A stretch of 31,478 nucleotides of DNA from an uncultured archaeon. Its GTDB lineage: Archaea > Iainarchaeota > Iainarchaeia > Iainarchaeales > CSSED10-239. Below the pieces are notes generated by a model. The model made no database searches. It was not told the origin of the DNA and saw only the letters and a list, made by a program, of their open reading frames with translations. The stretch covers positions 1-31,478 of the forward strand of contig CAYXWT010000004.1 in the NCBI GenBank assembly GCA_964468895.1, written 5' to 3'. Shown piece by piece: positions 24,881 through 31,478 of this stretch. Position 1 is the stretch's first letter, and each line of letters begins with the position of its first letter. The position numbers and the translations under genes were made by a program.

Positions 24881-25522
24881 ATGAGTAAATTAATGAAACC
24901 TGAACAAGAATTTAAAGATCCTAATGATTTTTATAATTTTAGAGAAGTTGAAAGATATAGTAAAAACTCTGGTATGAGAAAAACTCAAGAGTTATTAACC
25001 CAGATTGCACTGGATTTAGTAAATTTTGATAAAAAGAAAAAATATAAAGTTTTAGATATTGGCTGTGGTACTGCTTTTTCTTTAAATTATATATTTAAAT
25101 TAAAACAAAATAAAGAAGATTTAATAGGTTGTGACCCTGCTAAAGAAATGTATAAACATTCTAGAAAGAAAGGTTATAGAATCTATAATATGGGCTTTGA
25201 AAATATAAAAAAGATAAGTTATTATTACACTGCAAAATATTTTGATTTAATAATTTCTATTTCTGCTCTTAATTGGGTTTGTGCAAATAAAAAAGAATTA
25301 AAATTAAAAAATGAAATTAAAAAGATTGGTAAAGAACTTCATAAACTAATAAAAGATGATGGACAAATAGTAATGCAATTTTATGTTGATTCTCCTCAAG
25401 TATATGATTATGTGTGTTCTAGCTTTTCTAGATGTAATTTTGATGTTGAAAAATATATCTATAATGAAAAAAGTGCTATAAAAAGAAAATACTTTGTAAT
25501 ACTACGTAAAAAAGTCCTATAA
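24881..25522 (+). CDS. Bud23/WBSCR22-like class I SAM-dependent methyltransferase
   Basis: 'KPEQEFKDPNDFYNFREVERYSKNSGMRKTQ' resembles the Bud23 N-terminus (PE..PPE.FY...EA.KY..NSRM..IQ). Also 'VLDIGCGTAFS' (motif I), 'ISISALNWVCANKKE' (compare ISISAVQWLCNANKK), 'IVMQFY' and a C-terminal 'KRKYFVIL'. Confidence 0.65.
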   Translation: MSKLMKPEQEFKDPNDFYNFREVERYSKNSGMRKTQELLTQIALDLVNFDKKKKYKVLDIGCGTAFSLNYIFKLKQNKEDLIGCDPAKEMYKHSRKKGYRIYNMGFENIKKISYYYTAKYFDLIISISALNWVCANKKELKLKNEIKKIGKELHKLIKDDGQIVMQFYVDSPQVYDYVCSSFSRCNFDVEKYIYNEKSAIKRKYFVILRKKVL

Positions 25523-25631
25523 AATATAAAACATTAAATTTATATTTTATTTCTTCTTATTTATAGTATAAACTAAATTTATTATATGTTAATATATACA
25601 CAAATTATATTTTTTATAAATGTGATGTGCT

Positions 25632-26603
25632 ATGAATTTTAAAAGAAATAAAATTGATAATTTAAATAAAATGTTCTTTGCAGTTTTATTTATATTTACT
25701 ATTTTTATATTAAATTTAAATATAATTAGTTGTTCAGAAATAAATGATGATTTTAAAGTAACTATTAAATATCCTATTATAATTGATTTAGATAATGATT
25801 ATGATGTTTATCCTAATTTAATAAATATAAGAGATCAAGATGATTTTGATATCTATGCTGGACAAACAATTATTTCTAAATATGATTTTAATAACAAATT
25901 AAATTATAATTTAAATATTGTTTTTGATTTAAATAAAAGTTCAGAATTTATTAACGATAATTCTGATATACTTGAAGTATATCTTTTAAAAGATGTATTA
26001 AGTAAAACAGATTGTACTAATAATTCTGGAGAAGTTTATAAATTTAATAATGAAGAAATTTATATTGAAAAAGATAATACTAAAAAATATCTTTGTTATT
26101 ATGAAGATTTAGATTCTTTAAAAGTAGATCTTGAATTGGAACCAGGTATTAATTCAGTATATTTATTGTTTGTTTCTAAACCTAATTTAAAAACAAGCAG
26201 TAGTAGAGAATTAAATTTTAATACTTTTTTAGAAATAAATACAGATAATATTGATTTCAATACAGACTTATCTAATATGAATGATAATTATGATAATAAT
26301 GATGCTGATTTATTAAGAACTTTAAATAATGGTATTGATAAATTAAATAGTAATTTTGATAGTAATAGTAATGATGGTAATAATTCATCTTTATTTGATG
26401 TTAATAAAGCACAACAAACTTTTTCTAATATTAAAGATGGTGCTGAAGATCTTAAAAGTGGTGCTACTGGTTTAGTAACTTTAAATGTGTCTAGTTTAAG
26501 TGTGATAATTGGCGGTTTAATACTTGTAATTTTATTAGCATTATTTATTACTAACAAAAGTAAGAAGAAAGATAATGAATTTAAAGATTTAGATTCTTTA
26601 TAG
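25632..26603 (+). CDS. Asn/Asp-rich surface protein with an N-terminal signal/anchor and a C-terminal TM anchor
   Basis: 'MFFAVLFIFTIFILNLNIISC' near the N-terminus, a low-complexity N/D/S region, and C-terminal 'VIIGGLILVILLALFITNKSKKK'. Confidence 0.5.
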   Translation: MNFKRNKIDNLNKMFFAVLFIFTIFILNLNIISCSEINDDFKVTIKYPIIIDLDNDYDVYPNLINIRDQDDFDIYAGQTIISKYDFNNKLNYNLNIVFDLNKSSEFINDNSDILEVYLLKDVLSKTDCTNNSGEVYKFNNEEIYIEKDNTKKYLCYYEDLDSLKVDLELEPGINSVYLLFVSKPNLKTSSSRELNFNTFLEINTDNIDFNTDLSNMNDNYDNNDADLLRTLNNGIDKLNSNFDSNSNDGNNSSLFDVNKAQQTFSNIKDGAEDLKSGATGLVTLNVSSLSVIIGGLILVILLALFITNKSKKKDNEFKDLDSL

Positions 26604-26666
26604 TAAACATATTTTCTTTATTTTAAAATTAGACTTATAATTATCTACTAAATGTATGGGATTGTA

Positions 26667-26711
26667 AACCCACACAATCTTAAATTATGTGGGTTTCGAA
26701 TCCATATGTTT
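26667..26711 (+). promoter_or_regulatory. 8-bp-stem hairpin plus conserved 11-mer TCCATATGTTT upstream of ATPase copy 2
   Basis: aacccaca (26667-26674) pairs with tgtgggtt (26688-26695). 'gggtttcgaatcc' is T-arm-like. The 11-mer at 26701-26711 lies 38 nt before ATG 26739, the same spacing as at 12049/12087. Confidence 0.4.
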
Positions 26712-26738
26712 TTATTATTTTTGTTTTCTATATAATAT

Positions 26739-27998
26739 ATGAATAAAGAAGTTTTAAGAAAAACAATACTTAATCATTATGAGATGTTTACAAATAAGGA
26801 TATAGGTGTAGTAAGAGATTATCTTACTGAATTTAAAAAAGAAATAGATAATCCTTTAACAATTGTTATTACAGGTCATCGAAGAGTTGGAAAATCTACG
26901 CTTTTATTACAAATTGCAAAGAAATATTATAAAAATAATTTTTATTATTTAGATTTTTCTGATCCTTCTCTTAAAAATCTAGATGTGTCTGATTATGAAC
27001 CATTATATGAATTATTTTTAAAAGAATTTGGTTTAAAAAAAGCTTTTTTCTTTGATGAGATACAAGGTAAACCTGAGTGGAATTCTTTTGTTAATATTCT
27101 TAGAGAAAGAAAACATAAATGTTTTGTAACAGGATCTAATTCTGAAATGTTATCTTCAGAAATATCTACTTACTTAACAGGAAGGCATAAAGATAAAATT
27201 ATATTTCCTTTTTCTTTTAAAGAGTTTTTAAATTATAAAACAATAGATACTAATTTATTAACTACAACTAATACCTCAAAAATTCTTAAATATTTTGATA
27301 TTTATTTAGAAGAAGGTGGCTTTCCTGAAAATATAATATTTAATCAACCTGAAATATTAAAAGATATTTATAAAGATATTATAACTAGGGATATTATAAG
27401 TAGGTGGAATATTCAAAATATTTCAGATATAGAGGATTTAGCATATTATTTATTATCAAATACTACTAATGAGTTTACTTATAGTTCTCTTAATAAATAT
27501 CTTAAAATAAAAGATCCTAAAACTATTCAAAAATATGTTAAATATATTTGTAAAACTTATTTTTTGTTTGAATTATCTCAATTTGATTATTCACTTAAAA
27601 AACAAAGAAAAAAGAAAAAGAAAATTTATTGTATTGATAATGGTTTTTTAACTAATGTTGGATATGCTTTTTCTATTGGTAAGAGCAGATACTTAGAAAA
27701 TTTAATATTTATTGAATTAAAAAGAAGAAATAAAGAAGTATATTTCTTTAGAAATGCAAAAAATCAAGAATGTGACTTTTTGGTTGTAGATAAAAAGAAA
27801 GTAATGTCTGCAATTCAAGTTTGTTATGATTTAAAAAATATAGACACTGAAGAAAGAGAAATAAATGGGTTGATTTTTGCACTAAAAGAATATAGACTTA
27901 ATACAGGAATAATAATAACTTATAATACTTCTAAAACAATTAAAAAAGATAAATTTAATATTAAATTTATACCTGCATATAAGTGGTTATTAGAATAA
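26739..27998 (+). CDS. AAA+ ATPase, COG1373/DUF4143 family (second full copy)
   Basis: Walker A 'GHRRVGKST' and Walker B 'FFFDEIQ'. 'GGFPE', 'TRDI', 'IYCIDNG' and C-terminal 'ECDFLV...IQVCYDL..EREINGL' are present. Confidence 0.8.
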   Translation: MNKEVLRKTILNHYEMFTNKDIGVVRDYLTEFKKEIDNPLTIVITGHRRVGKSTLLLQIAKKYYKNNFYYLDFSDPSLKNLDVSDYEPLYELFLKEFGLKKAFFFDEIQGKPEWNSFVNILRERKHKCFVTGSNSEMLSSEISTYLTGRHKDKIIFPFSFKEFLNYKTIDTNLLTTTNTSKILKYFDIYLEEGGFPENIIFNQPEILKDIYKDIITRDIISRWNIQNISDIEDLAYYLLSNTTNEFTYSSLNKYLKIKDPKTIQKYVKYICKTYFLFELSQFDYSLKKQRKKKKKIYCIDNGFLTNVGYAFSIGKSRYLENLIFIELKRRNKEVYFFRNAKNQECDFLVVDKKKVMSAIQVCYDLKNIDTEEREINGLIFALKEYRLNTGIIITYNTSKTIKKDKFNIKFIPAYKWLLE

Positions 27999-28043
27999 AA
28001 TAGTGTTTTTAACTTTTGGTTTAGTTTGTGTTATAATTTACAC

Positions 28044-28080
28044 TGCACAAATTTTGTTTATTTGTGCACTTGAAGTGCAC
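28044..28080. repeat. two overlapping perfect palindromes at the truncation point of ATPase copy 3
   Basis: tgcacaaat (28044-28052) pairs with atttgtgca (28060-28068). gtgcactt (28064-28071) pairs with aagtgcac (28073-28080). Confidence 0.7.
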
Positions 28081-28399
28081 AATTGGTAGGTTATATGAAA
28101 ACGTAGTTTTTATACAACTTTTAAGAAGAGGTAAAAAAGTTTATTTTTTTAAGGATAAACTTAATTATGAAATAGATTTTATAACTTTAGAGAAAAATAA
28201 AGTTTCTTCTTTAATACAAGTATGTTATGATTTAGATATTGTAAAGACTAAAGAAAGGGAAATAAGGGGTTTATTATCAGGATTAAATGAATTTAAACTA
28301 AAAGAAGGAGTAATGATAACTCGAGATTTAGAAAAAGAAGAAAAAATAGATAATAAATTAATTAGATTTATTCCTTTATGGAAATGGTTGTTGGAATAA
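28064..28399 (+). pseudogene. 5'-truncated DUF4143 ATPase (C-terminal nuclease-like domain only)
   Basis: 'YENVVFIQLLRRGKKVYFF..EIDFI...IQVCYDL..KEREIRGL...IPLWKWLLE' aligns with the last ~105 aa of 26739-27998 and 12054-13394. No Walker motifs are present, and the GTG start lies inside a palindrome. Confidence 0.65.
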
Positions 28400-28605
28400 T
28401 TATGGATTGTTTAATTATTAAAGAGAATTATGAAAATATTTCTTTTAAAAGCTTTAGAATATTTGAAATTGAATTTTTATATATTTAAGTTATAAATAAT
28501 ACTCACAATATTAATTTTATATAAAGATGGTAATGTGGTGGTTACAAAACACTTTAACTTTGTGAACACTAGTGTACACACTTTAAATATATTTATGTAT
28601 ACAAT

Positions 28606-29562
28606 GTGTTTTTGGTATTAATTATTAGAAAATTAGGTTCTAAAAATTATTATTATTTAGAAGAATCTTTTAGGTTGTTAAATAAATCTAAAAGATTTAG
28701 AAAATATGTTGGTGTGAAGAAACCAAATAATAAAAAGCTTATATCTATAGAAGAAGAATTTTTAGATAGTATTATTGAGAAATTAACTAATTTTAAATAT
28801 GATACCAAATATATTTCTAAAAAGCAATTAATTCGAATTATTTTATTTAATGAACTATATTTTAAAAAATATAACTTGTTATCTCCAACAAAAAGAAATA
28901 AATTTGATATAAATAAAAATATTTTATTTACATTAGCTACTTTAAATACAGAAGATGTTGATATAGATATAAAAGATATTCTTGGAGCAATAAATAAAAA
29001 AGAAAAAGATTTAAATTTAAGGGAACAGATTTGTAAAAATATGTTGTTTGCTTTAAAATTTATAAAATCTGAAAATAAATTGAACTTAGATTTTATTAGA
29101 AAAGTTCATGGTATTGCAATGGCTGATTTTGAAACAAAAACACCTGGACTTTTTAGAGATAAGCAAGTATATATTTATTTAAAACATACAAAAGATATTT
29201 TAAATTCAGAAATAAAATTTAGACCACCTGGATATGGTTTGATTGTAAACAAACTAAAAGTATTTATAGAATGGTATATTACTGTAGATATTAATCCTTT
29301 AGAAAAAGCAGTATTAACTCATTTTGAAATATATGAAATTCATCCTTTTTTAGATGGAAATAAAAGAGTGTGTAGATTATTATTTAACAAAGTGTTATTA
29401 GATTATAATTTTCCATTGATTAATGTATCATACAAAAAAGATCAATCTTTTGATACATTAATTAGTTCTGTAGAAAATAATGATCCTAAATACCTAATAG
29501 AGTTTGTTTATAAACAATATTTTAAAGAAATTCAGGATTTTTTAAAATCTGTAGATAAATAG
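28606..29562 (+). CDS. Fic/DOC-family protein (AMPylase-type fold)
   Basis: Fic motif 'HPFLDGNKRVCRLL' (HxFx[D/E]GN[G/K]RxxR). The start codon is uncertain; the ORF track uses GTG. Confidence 0.8.
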   Translation: MFLVLIIRKLGSKNYYYLEESFRLLNKSKRFRKYVGVKKPNNKKLISIEEEFLDSIIEKLTNFKYDTKYISKKQLIRIILFNELYFKKYNLLSPTKRNKFDINKNILFTLATLNTEDVDIDIKDILGAINKKEKDLNLREQICKNMLFALKFIKSENKLNLDFIRKVHGIAMADFETKTPGLFRDKQVYIYLKHTKDILNSEIKFRPPGYGLIVNKLKVFIEWYITVDINPLEKAVLTHFEIYEIHPFLDGNKRVCRLLFNKVLLDYNFPLINVSYKKDQSFDTLISSVENNDPKYLIEFVYKQYFKEIQDFLKSVDK

Positions 29563-29674
29563 AATAAAAATATATTTTTTACTTCTACTTTAACTACTGT
29601 TAGAATTTTGCTGAACAAATAATTTTATTTTGTTAACTTAAGATAAATAATTTATAAATTTAATTTTTATTTTA

Positions 29675-29715
29675 ACCTAATTTTGCTATTTACTACCTAA
29701 CTTCGCCATTTGACT
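29675..29715. repeat. tandem imperfect 20/21-nt repeat whose second unit is the left arm of an inverted repeat
   Basis: 'acctaattttgctatttact' (29675-29694) and 'acctaacttcgccatttgact' (29695-29715). A related 'tgtttgccatttgctattt' lies at about 29746-29764. Confidence 0.6.
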
Positions 29716-29799
29716 TATACTGAGGTTATATTTTGTACCAACTCTGTTTGCCATTTGCTATTTTTAAAGTTTTTTTATGTCAAAGCACTATAGAAATCG

Positions 29800-30096
29800 A
29801 CTTATCTTCGTATTTTTTAATAAAATTACCAAATATTAGTTTAATATTTGGCGTTATATTTGATAAAACAGTAATTCTAAATCTCACTTTTTGATATATT
29901 CTAGTAAGTGTCAAACAAATTATCAGATTTGTAATGTAAGTAATCAAAGTTTTTCTAGCTATTGCATTTTAACAAGTTGTATAAATTGTTTTTGTTTTGA
30001 TTTAAGTCTATTAAACAAATAGTTAAAAAGATTATGGTCTTTATTTACTTTATCTATAAGTGCAACTGTGCCTATAGAGAATACAGTATTTTGCAT
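29800..30096 (-). pseudogene. decayed hsdS-like (type I R-M specificity subunit) target-recognition-domain remnant
   Basis: The minus strand reads 'GTVALIDKVNKDHNLFNYLFNRLKSKQKQFIQLV..*'. After a frame change it reads 'ARKTLITYITNLIICLTLTRIYQKVRFRITVLSNI', which parallels the HsdS pattern '..fL.Y.L.s......i' and 'R..L....l.nl.I.lP.l.EQ.kI...L'. Multiple stops are present. Confidence 0.3.
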
Positions 30097-30158
30097 AAAA
30101 TATTACTTCCAGTTTTTTGTGTATATAATATAATTCTATGAGGTAATATTTTTAATAA

Positions 30159-30272
30159 TTAGTAAATGGCGAAGTTGGGTTAGAAAAAATTTATAATCAA
30201 AAACTTGTTGATTTGGAAGAATTTAAAAAATCAATTCTTCAAAAAGCATTTAAAGGAGAACTTACATGTTAA
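30159..30272 (+). pseudogene. C-terminal fragment of hsdS (conserved coiled-coil tail)
   Basis: '..EKIYNQKLVDLEEFKKSILQKAFKGELTC*' matches the conserved HsdS C-terminus (L..lKksLLqkaFsGeL). Only about 37 codons are open, and the stop overlaps the next gene's ATG (ATGTTAA). Confidence 0.5.
30161..30183. repeat. right arm of the inverted repeat partnered with 29693-29715
   Basis: The reverse complement 'ctaacccaacttcgccatttact' aligns with 'ctacctaacttcgccatttgact'. The perfect 13-nt core aacttcgccattt sits at 29699-29711 and 30164-30176. Confidence 0.7.
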
Positions 30273-31478
30273 ATCCAAATATTTCTAAAATTATAAAACA
30301 AGGTGAAGGTATAACAATTGAATTTAAAAAATGTAAATATTCTATAACTAATTCTATTTATGAAACTGTTTGTTCTTTTCTAAATCGTAATGGTGGTGAA
30401 TTATTATTAGGTGTTAAAGATAATGGTGAAATTCAAGGTATTGATGAAAATAAAATAATACAAATAAAAAAAGATTTTGTAACTGCAATTAATAATCCTC
30501 AGAAAATGTTTCCTCCTGTTTATCTTTCCATTGAAAAAATAAAAGTTAAAGGTAAACTAATTTTATATATATTTGTTCCAGTTGGTTCTCAAGTTCAAAA
30601 ATGTAATAATAAAATATATGATAGAAACGAAGATGGAGATTTTGATATAACAAATAATCAATCTGCATTAACTAAACTTTATTTAAATAAACAAGCTCAA
30701 TATACAGAAAATAAAGTTTATCCTTATTGTACTTTAGAAGACTTAGATGAAAATTTAATAAATAAAGCTAGAACTTTAGCAGTGAATCAAAATAGTAATC
30801 ATCCTTGGAAAAACTTAACTAATATTGAATTATTAAAAAGTGCTAAACTTTATACTAAAGATTATGAAACAAATAAAGACGGTTTTACCCTTGCAGGTAT
30901 TTTATTATTTGGAAAAGATGAAACTATTCTTTCAGTATTACCACATCATAAAACTGATTTAATTGTAAGAATAAATAATTTAGATCGTTATGATGATAGA
31001 GATGATGTTAGAACTAACCTTATTAATTCTTTTGAAAGAATTATGCTATTTGCAAAAAAACATCTTTCTGATCCTTTTTATTTAGAAGGAACTCAAAGAA
31101 TAAGTTTAAGAGATAAAATATTTAGAGAAATCGCATCAAATATTTTAATACATAGAGAATATTCAAATGCATTTCCTGCTAAAATAATAATTGAAAAAGA
31201 TAAGATTTATTCGGAGAATAGTAATAAACCTCATGGTTATGGAAAAATTAATATTACTAATTTTTCTCCATTCCCTAAAAATCCAGTAATTGCAAGAGTA
31301 TTCAAAGAAATAGGTCTTGCTGATGAATTAGGTTCTGGTGTAAGAAATTTAACTAAATATGTGAAAATTTACTCAAATGGTGTTCCTGAATTAACAGAAG
31401 AAGATATTTTTAAGATAATTATCCCAATTACCAAAAAAGCTACCCCTCAAGCTACCCCCCAAGCTACCCCTCAAGCTA
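30266..31478 (+). CDS. AlbA_2 (Schlafen-like) domain plus HATPase_c_4-type putative transcriptional regulator ('RecG-like' annotation class), 3'-partial
   Basis: Hand translation shows no stop to the window end. 'GEGITIEFKK', 'NRNGGELLLGVKDNGEIQGI', 'HREYS' and 'DELGSGVRNL' are present, and the tail runs into ATPQ repeats. Absent from the ORF track because it has no stop codon. Confidence 0.6.
   Translation, partial: MLNPNISKIIKQGEGITIEFKKCKYSITNSIYETVCSFLNRNGGELLLGVKDNGEIQGIDENKIIQIKKDFVTAINNPQKMFPPVYLSIEKIKVKGKLILYIFVPVGSQVQKCNNKIYDRNEDGDFDITNNQSALTKLYLNKQAQYTENKVYPYCTLEDLDENLINKARTLAVNQNSNHPWKNLTNIELLKSAKLYTKDYETNKDGFTLAGILLFGKDETILSVLPHHKTDLIVRINNLDRYDDRDDVRTNLINSFERIMLFAKKHLSDPFYLEGTQRISLRDKIFREIASNILIHREYSNAFPAKIIIEKDKIYSENSNKPHGYGKINITNFSPFPKNPVIARVFKEIGLADELGSGVRNLTKYVKIYSNGVPELTEEDIFKIIIPITKKATPQATPQATPQA
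31439..31478 (+). repeat. 12-nt tandem repeat gctacccc(t/c)caa, at least 3.3 units, coding ATPQ repeats
   Basis: Read directly from the sequence. It is strikingly GC-rich for this window and runs off the window edge. Confidence 0.8.

Noticed and set aside
26288-26557. 89-aa minus-strand ORF inside the Asn/Asp-rich surface protein gene
   Set aside because: Antisense shadow ORF. The sense gene has signal and anchor features and a better coding context.
26650-26708. A tRNA gene or tRNA half ('tgggattgtaaaccca' anticodon-arm-like and 'gtgggtttcgaatcca' T-arm-like)
   Set aside because: No acceptor stem or D-arm is present, the T-stem does not close properly (GTGGG versus TCCAT), and the anticodon-like stem has a mismatched loop size. 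At most it is a degraded tRNA-derived fragment, and it is discussed only as such.
1-31478. Assigning the window to a specific lineage (for example a named DPANN or CPR phylum)
   Set aside because: No rRNA or universal marker gene is present. tRNA features, SD-like motifs and gene content are compatible with either a small archaeal or bacterial genome, so only a tentative archaeal lean is stated.

Overview
Extremely AT-rich, gene-dense prokaryotic window with short spacers, Lys/Asn/Ile-rich proteins and GGAG/GAGGTG-type RBS before some genes. It looks like a plastic accessory region of a small-genome organism, either a DPANN-type archaeon or a CPR-type bacterium. The COG1373/DUF4143 ATPases and a Bud23-like methyltransferase lean archaeal, but lineage cannot be proven from the sequence. 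Recognisable genes include an SdpI-like membrane protein, MBL hydrolase, HAD hydrolase, ICMT-family methyltransferase, cold-shock-domain protein, SpoU/TrmH RNA methyltransferase, zinc-PLC-like protein, arginine-deiminase/amidinotransferase-fold enzyme, MscS channel and tRNA-Thr(UGU). There is also a MacB-type ABC module (ATPase, two FtsX permeases, one anchored surface protein). The most unusual content is two expanded paralog families that I cannot assign to a named family. Family A is a ~255-aa Rossmann/SAM-methyltransferase-like protein in six copies: five head-to-tail at 14968-18915 (one split by a nonsense codon) and one at 8124-8867. Family B is a ~240-267-aa atypical kinase-fold protein in three copies: a tandem pair at 1602-3251, and one at 14024-14746 placed divergently against the family A array and bracketed by a 30-bp direct repeat next to the tRNA. 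The rest is mobile-element and defence debris. This includes a family-B DNA polymerase C-terminal remnant abutting tRNA-Thr, and two full plus one truncated DUF4143 AAA+ ATPase genes that share a conserved structured 5' module. It also includes a truncated RelA/SpoT-like ORF, a GNAT pseudogene, a Fic protein, hsdS fragments in both orientations with inverted repeats, and a 3'-partial AlbA_2/Schlafen-type regulator. No CRISPR array, rRNA or intact transposase was seen. All similarity statements are by-eye motif recognition, not database searches.
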